This document shows, piece by piece, positions 54,437-63,801 of a DNA stretch of 64,000 nucleotides. The stretch lies in the NCBI GenBank assembly GCA_965248265.1, contig CBDFJF010000002.1, positions 544,001-608,000 on the forward strand, in the 5' to 3' direction. Below the pieces are notes generated by a model. The model worked only from the letters and a program-made list of their open reading frames with translations. It was not told the DNA's origin and searched no databases. The position numbers were made by a program, and so were the translations under genes. The DNA is from Candidatus Latescibacterota bacterium. GTDB taxonomy: Bacteria; Latescibacterota; UBA2968; UBA8231. How positions within the stretch are numbered: the first letter of the stretch is position 1; each line of letters starts with the position of its first letter.

Positions 54437-56026
54437 TTACAGCCGGTAGGCAAACAGCTTCGCCTGAAACATCCTCACACGGAAGGCCGCCATCTCGCCG
54501 ACGCGGGAGATGTCGCTGCTCCCCTTCCAGGTGACAACCTGCTCCTCCTCGTCGCCGGTGAGCCGGTCGCACTCATCGAAGGAATAGCCCTCGAGGGGAT
54601 TGGCATCCGGGCACAGCATCGTCGGCACGCGGGGCATCAGCTCGACCTGGATCCAGCCTCCCGGGGCACAGCGGTAGTTGAGGCGCAGCTCGTTTTCCAA
54701 CCGGAACACGGTCGGAATCGTGAAGCGCCCCTCGGACTCGGATTCCACTCCGCAAAAGCGGTGCGGCCGCCAGCGCGCCCACCGGTGCTGGACATCACCG
54801 TGACCCGGAAAGATCTCGGCCTGGCGATCCTCCTCCACCGTGTGCAGGATCGAGTTCCCCTGGTAGGGCACGGCCCAGTGGCCGTCGGGCAGCTCCACCA
54901 GGCCTTGGCGCCAGACGTGGATCTGGCCCTCATCGCCACTGCCGGGTGAGCCGAGGTTGGTGATGGGCCGGCGCTCGGGCCGGGTCCAGACCAGGCCGTC
55001 GCGGCTGAAGGCGATCTGCATGTCGACGTGATCGGTCATGCCGTGGAAGACCGGAAGGAACATGCCGTGCAGCTCCCGCCGACCCGGGTAGGGGAAGTAA
55101 CAGGCTCCGTAGTATGAGATGTCCAGGGGGTCCTGTGCATCTGGATGGACCAGGAGCCTGGCCGCCGGCCAGTGACGGAAGTTCTTCGTCCGCGTCAGCC
55201 CCACGGCACGGCGCACGACCTCCGTCTCCGGCATGCTGGTTCCCAGGGTTTTCGGCTCCACCGCAGCTCCACCCTGCGGTTGGATGTAGGCGAAGTAATC
55301 CTGGTTGTCCTCGTCGTAGCAGAGCGCCATGCCGCCGTTTACCGAATAGTTGCCGACCGGCTCTTCGATTTCCGTCCAGTTGTAGCGGTCCGGAGAGACG
55401 TGGCCTATCATCGCCCCTTTCAAGACGACCTTGCGACCGCTGTACGCCTCCCCCTCATAGTGCTCAGCGCGCCAGCACTTGTCTGCTTCGTCGCCGTCGA
55501 CTACCTCGCCGGTGTCGCGGTCGAGCCAGAATCCCTTGGCGCTAAGGGCCTTGTAGCGTTCGGCCGGCGGCGCGCTCGGATCCTTTAGAACGGCGCCGGG
55601 GATCGACGCTCCGAGAATGTTGTTCTCAGTTGACCCGTTGAACTCGGTCTTGCCCAGGACCGGCCGCTCCCAGTTGTAGCCGTCATCACTGACCGCCTGG
55701 CAGCCAACCTCGCCGACGTTGTAGAACATGTGGAAGCGTCCGTCTTCGTACCAGAAATTCGAGGGGCCCATGGAGCCCTTCTGCTCCCATTCCTTCTCGC
55801 GTGTCAGAAACGGTTCCGACTTGTCCGCTTCCTCCACCCGCAGCTGCACGCCAACGGGGCCGTCGAACATTTCATACCCGCCGTCCCGGGTGATGCTGCG
55901 GTGGCCGGTGAAGATCTCCATCACATCCACCATGGCCATCCAGGTGCCCGGATTGAACCGCGGGCGTACCCAGTCGCCCGGGAAGTAGCTACCGCGATCG
56001 AGGATCTGCTGCCGTTGGTCAGCCAT
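54437..56026 (-). CDS. Uncharacterised beta-propeller glycoside-hydrolase-like protein, paralog 3 (divergent)
   Basis: Start MADQRQ at 56026 after GAGAGG; AVSDDGYNWERPVLG, ERYKA, QIAFSRDG, LNY...WIQVEL...GYSFDECD...TWKG...AKLFAYRL. Confidence 0.72.
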   Translation of the reverse strand: MADQRQQILDRGSYFPGDWVRPRFNPGTWMAMVDVMEIFTGHRSITRDGGYEMFDGPVGVQLRVEEADKSEPFLTREKEWEQKGSMGPSNFWYEDGRFHMFYNVGEVGCQAVSDDGYNWERPVLGKTEFNGSTENNILGASIPGAVLKDPSAPPAERYKALSAKGFWLDRDTGEVVDGDEADKCWRAEHYEGEAYSGRKVVLKGAMIGHVSPDRYNWTEIEEPVGNYSVNGGMALCYDEDNQDYFAYIQPQGGAAVEPKTLGTSMPETEVVRRAVGLTRTKNFRHWPAARLLVHPDAQDPLDISYYGACYFPYPGRRELHGMFLPVFHGMTDHVDMQIAFSRDGLVWTRPERRPITNLGSPGSGDEGQIHVWRQGLVELPDGHWAVPYQGNSILHTVEEDRQAEIFPGHGDVQHRWARWRPHRFCGVESESEGRFTIPTVFRLENELRLNYRCAPGGWIQVELMPRVPTMLCPDANPLEGYSFDECDRLTGDEEEQVVTWKGSSDISRVGEMAAFRVRMFQAKLFAYRL

Positions 56027-56066
56027 GGTTTTGCCTCTCAGGTCTTGTTTCGGTGACGTGCACGAC

Positions 56067-56570
56067 TCACCCACACTGCTCCCAAGCGCCCTCAGAAAAA
56101 CGGTCGTAGCGCTCATGCAGCGCCTCTACCGCCTCGGACGCGATCGGCAGACTGCCGTTGACCATCTCCACGTTCGATTCCACGAAACGGGAGCGTTGGG
56201 TGCCGACGATGGCCACGTCCACGACTGCATGCGCCAGCACGAATCCCAGCGCAGTCAGGATGCGATCATCCGGTTCCGACGGTAACGGCCCCTCCGCACT
56301 CATCACCCCACCACGGCGGAAATACTCCTCCGTGTAGGTGGGATAGCGCTCGTACGGATTCGGGTCTTCAGCGGCCCCCCACACCGCATTGGCGATCGGC
56401 CGCTTGACGATGATGCCCATGTTCTGTTGCTCGGCCTCCGGGTTGAAGGAAGTTTGCAGCGTGTCGAAGGCTCCAGTGCCGACCGCACACAAGGCGCTGT
56501 CGTTGTCGCCGGAATAGGCGATAAACCGTGTCTTGCCCGCATCCTTCGCCTTCTGCAGCGAGTCTGTCAC
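56067..56570 (-). pseudogene. Aldo/keto reductase C-terminal fragment
   Basis: LQKAKDAGKTRFIAYSGD...FDTLQTSFN, then PEAEQQNMGIIVKRPIAN...ALGFVL...AIVGT; N-terminal half absent and a short internal segment appears deleted. Confidence 0.8.
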
Positions 56571-56662
56571 TCCTTGTCAGGATAGCTCAGGCGGCGAGGT
56601 CCCGGTTGAACATAGAGAACCCGAACCCCAGGTCCTATGACGACTCCGCCCGCCACCAAGCT

Positions 56663-56870
56663 TCAGGCGTACTCTCCTCGCCCATTCCAGTCCGGGTACT
56701 GCTCCTCCAGAAGCGCAAGTGTCTGGCTGTTGTAGTAGGTATGCCCGGCGGGAGGAAATCTGAAGAGCTCGCGTTGCCTCGGCGTAGAAGTTCTCCTCGT
56801 CGTGCCGGATTCAGTCGGGGTGTGTAGACCAGACTCGCCTGCGACGCTGACGACATCTTCCCCGGTGTAA
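56663..56870 (-). pseudogene. Degraded C-terminal remnant, probably PhyH-like
   Basis: TPRQRELFRFPPAGHTYYNSQTLALLEEQYPDW resembles C-termini of some PhyH-like proteins; upstream reading is scrambled. Confidence 0.45.
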
Positions 56871-57139
56871 CAACTGCTATCCGCAAAGTGGCCGGGTGTC
56901 AGAACCCTTGAGGGTGATGTGGTGCGTATGGTGGCAGGCCGCAGCATAAGAACCCGCTTGAACAGAGACGACTCGTTCGCCAGTGTTGACAATATCGTGA
57001 GGATCTCACGCTGGTCACACGAGATAAGTATCTGGCGGCGTATGAGCTCGCCATCCTCACAGCCTGAGCACTGTGCGCTCGGGAGATTCCTGAAAAAAGC
57101 GAAGTTCTCCGCTTAGCCGTCCCTGAAGTCAGCGACGAG

Positions 57140-58531
57140 TCACATCGTTCTCGCGACGCTGCCGATCTCGCGTTGCAATCTGGCGTCCACGTCAGCGACG
57201 GTCTCGGGCATGTCCGGCCAAGCGGCCGGCGGTACATGCGAAAGCCGGAGCAGGGTCCGCGCCAGGAAGGCGACGTACTCCTTCATCTCCCGCGTTCGCA
57301 CCTTGTCCACCGTGTCCCATGGCTCGGCTCTGAAATTCGATTCCGGGTGTCGGCCGACAAACCGCCATCGCCAGATGATGGCGTAGGGGATAGCGCTGCG
57401 GGCAAATGAGAAACCGTCGTTGGTATGATCGAGCATGGGCATGACGTGGCATTTCAAGCCTTCGTCCAATTCGTCGAGGGTGTTTTGGATGAGTGTCCGC
57501 AAGTGCGGGAACTGCAACACCATCCCCTTGATCGGACCCGCCGCCAATTCGTCGAGGTTGACGACCAGTTTGGGCTTGGGCTCCGGTCCGTGGTGCCGTC
57601 GAACGTAATCCGCCGAACCTTGATGGTTCTGCTCCTCGCCACTCCAGGCACAAGCCCTGATGCTCATCCCGGGTGAGACGCCGAACTCGTCGCGCAGACC
57701 CGCGAGCAGCCTCATGATCTCCAGAGTCACGACCAGTCCGGACCCGTCGTCCACTGCTCCGGGGGTGTCCATGTAGGTGTCTTGATGGGCACCCAGGACC
57801 AACGACTCGTTCGCCCAGGACGCCCCGGGCAGATCGGCAATCGAATTGTAACACGGTGCGGTGAATGTGCGGCTCTCGACCACGATCTCGAATGTCTTCC
57901 CCTTAGCCTGACGCAGTCTGACGCCGTCTTCCCGATGGGTCTGAACAGTGGGCAGTGGATGGGGTCGCACATCGCCGGCCTTATCATTCCAGCGTTTGTC
58001 CGTCGCCCGGATGGTCTCAATGTTGCCTCCGGCCCTGGCTTCGACGGCGATGGCAGCCGCGCAATTGATTGTAGACAAATCACGGAGTCGTTCTGGCAGT
58101 GGGACCGGGTCGCTGAAGGGCTCGTCGTCGATGTTGATGACGGCGATGCTGCCCGGAAGTTTGCCGGCTACAGGCCCAATCTCATGCGGCATGCCGAAAC
58201 CGACGTCGACGAGCGGCGCACGCAGATCGATCGGCGGACAATGGATCATGGGGACCAGTGCGATCGGCAGGTCGTCCTCTACCACCCTTCCTTCACACTT
58301 CGAGTAATCCCAGGCTTTGAGCTCGAATTCCTCGGAGCGTGGATTCGTCAGGCCGAATTCCTCGAAGCGTTCGACGATATAGCTGCCGGCAGCGAAATCT
58401 CCGGCAGTACCCGCCCATCGCGAGCCGATGCGCTCACAGATCTCGTACAGGAACTCGTCCAGACGAGAGCCAACGAAGGCCTCGCCTGTGAGCCATTTGT
58501 CGATCGCAGTCCAATCGAGGTTGTTAACCAT
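57140..58531 (-). CDS. M28 family metallopeptidase with PA domain
   Basis: IGSRWAGT, LVDVGFG (PA domain), LGAHQDT, GAVDDGSG, WSGEE, NLDE, DTVDKV. Confidence 0.85.
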   Translation of the reverse strand: MVNNLDWTAIDKWLTGEAFVGSRLDEFLYEICERIGSRWAGTAGDFAAGSYIVERFEEFGLTNPRSEEFELKAWDYSKCEGRVVEDDLPIALVPMIHCPPIDLRAPLVDVGFGMPHEIGPVAGKLPGSIAVINIDDEPFSDPVPLPERLRDLSTINCAAAIAVEARAGGNIETIRATDKRWNDKAGDVRPHPLPTVQTHREDGVRLRQAKGKTFEIVVESRTFTAPCYNSIADLPGASWANESLVLGAHQDTYMDTPGAVDDGSGLVVTLEIMRLLAGLRDEFGVSPGMSIRACAWSGEEQNHQGSADYVRRHHGPEPKPKLVVNLDELAAGPIKGMVLQFPHLRTLIQNTLDELDEGLKCHVMPMLDHTNDGFSFARSAIPYAIIWRWRFVGRHPESNFRAEPWDTVDKVRTREMKEYVAFLARTLLRLSHVPPAAWPDMPETVADVDARLQREIGSVARTM

Positions 58532-58553
58532 ACCGGATGCCTAGCGTCCCCAA

Positions 58554-58964
58554 TTAGTGTGGCAATCTGGGTTGTAGCACAGCGTAGGCATAGGCTCCGA
58601 GCAGCACACCAGCGAAAGTGATGAGTGCCAGAAATTCTCCACTTCCAATCTGAGCGTAAATCGGTCCGGGACATGCCCCGGTAATGGACCAACCCATGCC
58701 GAAAAGAATCCCGCCGATCACGGTGCCCTTCTGAAACTTCTTCCCTTTTGCTTCGATGGTTTGTCCGCCTATGGTCTTCAGCCCGAGTTTTCTGATCAGG
58801 AGGAGGGAGATGACTCCCACCACAACCGCGGAGCCGATGATCAGAAACATGTGGGCTTCTTCGAAGCGAAACATCTTCTGAATCCTGAACCAGGAAGCCA
58901 CTTCAGATTTGACCAACAGCAGGCCGAAGTAGGTGCCTACCAAGGTTGAGAGTAGACTGTTCAT
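58554..58964 (-). CDS. YeeE/YedE family membrane protein (DUF6691 type)
   Basis: Start MNSLL at 58964 (ATGA overlap); SWFRIQKMFRF, GGILFGMGWSITGACPGP. Confidence 0.88.
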   Translation of the reverse strand: MNSLLSTLVGTYFGLLLVKSEVASWFRIQKMFRFEEAHMFLIIGSAVVVGVISLLLIRKLGLKTIGGQTIEAKGKKFQKGTVIGGILFGMGWSITGACPGPIYAQIGSGEFLALITFAGVLLGAYAYAVLQPRLPH

Positions 58965-59458
58965 CCCTGACTCGCTCCGATGAGAAGCCAATCGAACATG
59001 GTGACCATGAACACGCCCCCCACGAAAAAGCTGATGGTCGCCACCAGGCTGGGCCATTTGAGATTGGACATGCCCATGATGGAATGGCCGGACGTGCATC
59101 CATCGGCATATCGCGTGCCGAACCCCACGAGCAATCCACCCAGGAAGAGGGCGATCGCTCCACTCCACTCGTGGTAGTGACCGGGCAACAACGGGAACGG
59201 CTGATTCGACAGCAGGCGCATACCAAGAAAACTGCCAAGGACGATGCCGACGACGAAAAACAGGTTCCACGATTCCTGTCGCCAGTCATTCTCCCGCAAG
59301 TACCCGATTGTCGTATTCGGCGCACACATGGAGCACAGATGCCGAAAACTGCTGGATATGCCAAACGGCTTTCCGACGATGACCAACAACAAGGGCACGG
59401 TCAGTCCGATCAACGGACCTGAAACGTACCAGGGCCAGGGTTCCAGTATCCACTCCAT
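58961..59458 (-). CDS. YeeE/YedE family sulfur-compound transporter subunit
   Basis: PWPWYVSGPLIG, FGISSSFRHLC, GFGTRYADGCTSGH. Confidence 0.9.
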   Translation of the reverse strand: MEWILEPWPWYVSGPLIGLTVPLLLVIVGKPFGISSSFRHLCSMCAPNTTIGYLRENDWRQESWNLFFVVGIVLGSFLGMRLLSNQPFPLLPGHYHEWSGAIALFLGGLLVGFGTRYADGCTSGHSIMGMSNLKWPSLVATISFFVGGVFMVTMFDWLLIGASQG

Positions 59459-59565
59459 GAGAATCCTCGCGGACAATTCAAAAAAGTGCGTCTATGTACA
59501 GACTGTAATTGCAATCTGGACAGCGCTATCACATACGCCATTAACGTCGTGCTGGGAGAAATGAA

Positions 59566-60693
59566 ATGCAATTGACTCAGATGGACAAAGAAATTGTTGC
59601 GGAACACGGGGTGGTGAGCTCCTTTCCGCGCGACTTCCTGGGGTACTTCGGCTGGCCGACGCTGGCCAAGATGGACGATGGCACGCTGGTGGCGGCGGCC
59701 TCGGGTTTTCGCAACGAACACGTATGTCCCTTTGGTCGCAACGTGTTCTGTACCAGTGCCGATGAAGGTCGCACCTGGACGAGCCTGCGTGTGGCCAACG
59801 ACTCACCGCTGGACGATCGCGACACCGGTGTGGTCTGCCTGGGTGGGGACAAGATCTTGTTGTCCTGGTTCACGACCGACAATCGCTCACGCGCCGACAG
59901 AGCGAAACCAGAGGTAGCCGATATCTGGCAGACCGGTTTCGCCCGTATCACCGACGACAACGTCGCGCGTTATAGCGGTGCCTGGATCCGCACCAGTGAT
60001 GACGCGGGTGAGAGCTGGAAGGAGCCGGTGAAGGTGCCGCTGACGGCACCGCACGGACCGATCCGCTTGCGCAGCGGTGCCCTGCTCTACTTCGGCAAGG
60101 CCTTCGGCCGCGACATGGATGAGTTCACGACCGGTGCCGGAGAGATCGCGGCCATGACGAGCATCGATGAGGGCCAGACCTGGGAACGGCTGGGGGAGGT
60201 GCCGATGTTGGAAGGCACGGAACCCGGTAACTACCACGAGCCGCACGTGGCCGAGCTGGCGGACGGCAAACTGGTGGGGCTGATCCGCTCTGCCATGGCA
60301 TCGAGTGAAGGTCAGGATGACATCATGGGCGCTCTGAGATTTTCCATGTTTCAGTCGGTGTCCACGGATGGTGGGCGGACCTGGAGCAAGGCCGAGCCAC
60401 TGGGATTCCACGGATCGCCGCCGCACCTGCTGGTGCACTCGAGCGGGGCGCTGGTCTGCGCCTACGGCTATCGGCAGGAACCGTACGGGGAGCGGGTGAT
60501 GATCAGCCGGGACGGGGGGGAGAGTTGGGACCACGATTACATTCTGCGCGACGACGGTCCCGACAGGGATCTGGGCTACCCGTCGAGTGTGGAGTTGGCA
60601 GACGGAAGTCTGCTGACCATGTACTATCAAAAGATTGAATCGAGCGAGGAAAAGTGCAGTTTGCTGTGGTCGAAGTGGAAACTGCCGGGATAA
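59566..60693 (+). CDS. Sialidase-like BNR/Asp-box protein
   Basis: Five S-x-D-x-G-x-T/S-W Asp-boxes, HEP, DLGYPSSV; YFGWP in place of the RIP motif; no signal peptide. Confidence 0.85.
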   Translation: MQLTQMDKEIVAEHGVVSSFPRDFLGYFGWPTLAKMDDGTLVAAASGFRNEHVCPFGRNVFCTSADEGRTWTSLRVANDSPLDDRDTGVVCLGGDKILLSWFTTDNRSRADRAKPEVADIWQTGFARITDDNVARYSGAWIRTSDDAGESWKEPVKVPLTAPHGPIRLRSGALLYFGKAFGRDMDEFTTGAGEIAAMTSIDEGQTWERLGEVPMLEGTEPGNYHEPHVAELADGKLVGLIRSAMASSEGQDDIMGALRFSMFQSVSTDGGRTWSKAEPLGFHGSPPHLLVHSSGALVCAYGYRQEPYGERVMISRDGGESWDHDYILRDDGPDRDLGYPSSVELADGSLLTMYYQKIESSEEKCSLLWSKWKLPG

Positions 60694-60723
60694 CGCGATC
60701 GCCGTGGTTTCCACTGGACGTTC

Positions 60724-61581
60724 ATGACACAGGTTGCCGTTATCGGATCCGCGACCCGGGACCGTGTCGTGGATGGTGAGGTCACTCGCCTCAAGTGGGG
60801 CGGTGTTGCCGTCTACTCCGGTCTGACCCTTTCCCGGTTGGGGATTTCTACTAGCGTCGTGACCAATATTGCCGTCCGCGACAACGCTTTGGTAGATCTG
60901 CTTTCGAGGGCTGAAATTTCCGTCGAAGCCGGCGACAGTAATCGGACCACTGAGTTCGTCAACTACGTCAGCGGAGACGAGCGGCGACAGGAGTTGCTCT
61001 CATATGCCGCTCCGATCTCGGAGTCACAGGTAGCCGAAATCGCCGCGAAGGTGGACCATGTGTACCTGGGTCCGCTGCATCCCCTCGACATAGGACCACA
61101 AGCCATCAAGGAGCTGCGGGACGTCGATCGTGTCAGCGTGGACATTCAGGGGTACACACGTAAGGTTGAGGGGATTGAGGTGCATGCTGAGATTTCGGAG
61201 CATTTACGCCTCGTTCTGGAGCGCGCAACCATAGTCAAGGCCTCCCGCGACGAAGCCGAAGCCGTGGCGAGTCAGTTCGGACAGGAAAACAGCACAACAA
61301 TGCAAGAGTACGGAGTCGAACAGTGGCTGATCACGGACGGAACTCGAGGAGGATGGCTACTCAGCCGTTCGGGGACACGTCACGAGTTCCGTGCCGTCGC
61401 CGCTAGCGAGATCGCTGATCCAACGGGGGCCGGGGATGTCTTCTTCGCCGCCTATCTGACCTACCATCTCTATAAAGGGGCCAACATCGACGAGGCGTTG
61501 CAACGGGCAGCCGCTCTGACCACCCGGCACGTGGAGGGTCAGTTCATCGGAGCTGACGAGCTTACGCGCGAGGAGGACTGA
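60724..61581 (+). CDS. PfkB family carbohydrate kinase
   Basis: IGSATRD, WGGVAVY, VDIQG, VKAS..EA, ITDG..G, DPTGAGDVF. Confidence 0.9.
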   Translation: MTQVAVIGSATRDRVVDGEVTRLKWGGVAVYSGLTLSRLGISTSVVTNIAVRDNALVDLLSRAEISVEAGDSNRTTEFVNYVSGDERRQELLSYAAPISESQVAEIAAKVDHVYLGPLHPLDIGPQAIKELRDVDRVSVDIQGYTRKVEGIEVHAEISEHLRLVLERATIVKASRDEAEAVASQFGQENSTTMQEYGVEQWLITDGTRGGWLLSRSGTRHEFRAVAASEIADPTGAGDVFFAAYLTYHLYKGANIDEALQRAAALTTRHVEGQFIGADELTREED

Positions 61582-61583
61582 CT

Positions 61584-62441
61584 ATGAGCACCACCGCCTC
61601 TGACGACCAGCTGGCGCATTACAAGGAACAGGGGTACACGATTTTTGAAGGATTGTACGATGAAGCCCAGATGCAGTCCTGGCAGGAGGAGGTTCTACGC
61701 CTGGAAGCGGCCTCTACGGGGGTGTACGCGCAAACGCGAAGATGGTGGTTCGGCAACATGCTGGAACGGTCGCCCGCGTTGATGTGGCCGACGGTTTCTA
61801 ATTCGACAATTCTGGACTTCGCCGAAAGGGTCGTAGGGCCGTTCGTCCAACTGGACAACCTGACCCTGGCGGCTTTTCCGTCGGTGTCGGACGACGAGGC
61901 CAAGGGGAGTGTCAGCAAGTGGCACCGGGATCGCTGGGCGCGTATGCCAAGCGGCAACTACGAGCGGCCGTTGTCGATGAACGCGATCTGTTACCTGCAG
62001 GATTTGACCGATGACTACGGGCCGCTGCGGGTGATACCGGGGTCGCACGTCAACCCGGTAACGATCACCGAGGAGCAGAGGCAAGTGCCGCACGCGGACG
62101 AGGTGATCGTGTATATGAAGGCCGGAGATGTCGTCCTGACTCACAGCGGACTACTGCATTCGGGAACGCCCAATACATCCGGCAAGCGGCGGTTCTTTTT
62201 CAGTGTGTATTACAACATTTCCTGGCTCAAGTACACGGACACCTTTGACGGTCCCAATTGCAGACAACTGATCGACTGGGCACGTGGACGCAACGACCAC
62301 CGATCGTTGCGATTGCTGGGCGTGGACGACCACCTGCAGGCCCGCGGCAACAGCGGCTTTCAGGAGCCTGACGAAGGACGCTGGCAGCAGTGGATTGCCG
62401 AGGACCGAGAGGCGTTGAAGGAAATCGAGGAGCCAATGTGA
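61584..62441 (+). CDS. Phytanoyl-CoA dioxygenase (PhyH) family protein
   Basis: YKEQGY, WHRD, YLQD...GPLRVIPGSH, AGDV...LLHSGTPN...RR. Confidence 0.9.
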   Translation: MSTTASDDQLAHYKEQGYTIFEGLYDEAQMQSWQEEVLRLEAASTGVYAQTRRWWFGNMLERSPALMWPTVSNSTILDFAERVVGPFVQLDNLTLAAFPSVSDDEAKGSVSKWHRDRWARMPSGNYERPLSMNAICYLQDLTDDYGPLRVIPGSHVNPVTITEEQRQVPHADEVIVYMKAGDVVLTHSGLLHSGTPNTSGKRRFFFSVYYNISWLKYTDTFDGPNCRQLIDWARGRNDHRSLRLLGVDDHLQARGNSGFQEPDEGRWQQWIAEDREALKEIEEPM

Positions 62442-62500
62442 ACATCCTGATCACAGGCGTCGCAGGCAGTGTCGGAACGGATCTGTCCGAGTACCCCGAA
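62438..62500 (+). pseudogene. N-terminal stub of an NAD-dependent epimerase/dehydratase
   Basis: GTG overlapping the PhyH stop, GAGGAG RBS, MNILITGVAGSVGTDLSEY (GxxGxxG); similarity ends after about 20 codons. Confidence 0.7.
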
Positions 62501-62513
62501 GAGCGTCAGATGC

Positions 62514-62957
62514 TCAGTGCCGTGAATGCTCGGTGTGCGTCAGGCGGTGCGACAGAATATCGACCGCGGTTTCCAGAATTTTCACATAGATCCCCTGATG
62601 CTCACCCACCATCGACCGTAGCGCTCGGCCCGACAGACTCAGCGCCGTCGACGGCTCGATAGCCTCGATGCCCGCGAATCGCGTGTGGCCGGTCAGCACG
62701 CCCATCTCACCAAACACTTCGCCGGGGGAAACCTGGCCGATTTCCTGTCCCTCAGCGTCGACGATCCGCAAACGACCGCTGAGCAGCACAAGCATGTGTG
62801 AGCTCTTGTCGCCGGCAAGCCAGGCCGTCTCGCCAGCCCGATAGGCATTACGCTCACACAAGCCCAACAGGAACTCGGCCTCCTCCGCATCCAGTTCGCG
62901 GAACAGTTCGAGTCTGCGGATCAAGGTCAGCAGTTTGAAGTCGTCTTTTGTATTCAT
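62514..62957 (-). CDS. Cyclic nucleotide-binding domain protein (stand-alone)
   Basis: LFREL, AGD...MLVLLSGRL, PGEVFGEMGVLTGHTRFA (GE...R phosphate-binding cassette); no HTH. Confidence 0.85.
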   Translation of the reverse strand: MNTKDDFKLLTLIRRLELFRELDAEEAEFLLGLCERNAYRAGETAWLAGDKSSHMLVLLSGRLRIVDAEGQEIGQVSPGEVFGEMGVLTGHTRFAGIEAIEPSTALSLSGRALRSMVGEHQGIYVKILETAVDILSHRLTHTEHSRH

Positions 62958-63000
62958 TTTGTATTCATCGTGAACACGCGTTGATGAATGCCCCGGTCAC

Positions 63001-63667
63001 TCACGCACGAGCGACGTCGACGACCTCGTACACGGAAAGTGGCTCACTCTTGTTCTTCACAGACAGCGGTGGCAGCGGACTCAGGCGTACATCGGTACGG
63101 TCTTTGATGTACTCGTAGGAGGCAGCGGAAATGATTATCTGATGCGCCTCGGCCGCACTGCACAGACGTGCGGCCACGTTGACGTTGTCCCCTATCACCG
63201 TGTAGTCCATGCGCTCTTCACTGCCCATCGCCCCCAGAACCACCTGTCCTGTGTTGATGCCGATGCCGACGCCGACGTTAGCATCGGGGTACTGCTTGTT
63301 CAGTTCCCCGATGCGCCGCTGTATTGCATGGGCGCAGCTTACGGCGCGCAGTACCATGCCCTCGGCATGGTCGGTTTCCTCGTCGAATGTGGCGACCAAC
63401 TCGTCACCGACGAACTTGTCAATGTCCCCGCCCCACTCCTTGACGATTTCCGTCTGCGCGCGCAGGTAGGTATTGAGCATGCTGATCACCTGCTCGGGCT
63501 CAACATTTTCCGAGTAAGCCGTAAAGCCGCGAATGTCTGAGAAGAAGATGTGAACGCAGGTTGGCCGATTCCCGCTCGATGGTGATGACGACGGAGGCGC
63601 CCAGACCGCATACCAGGGCGATCACGATGATGACGAGAATCTTGTGTTCGAGCTTCAGGCTCGACAT
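63001..63667 (-). pseudogene. Class III adenylate/guanylate cyclase, internally deleted and frameshifted
   Basis: ATG 63667 MSSLKLEHKILVIIVIALVCGLGASVVITI (TM helix) joins out of frame near 63552 to IFFSDIRGFTAYSE...DKFVGDE...GIGINTG...YTVIGDNVNVAARL. Confidence 0.8.
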
Positions 63668-63801
63668 TCTGCTTTCCGTTTAAGTTGAGATGGCCGGATG
63701 CCTGTCCGGATAGTACAAAACCAGGGGCTCAAGGAACAGCGTCCATGACGCACATCGGCATGTTGACGTTGCAACTGCCTGAGGCTCATGTTTGTGCTCC
63801 A

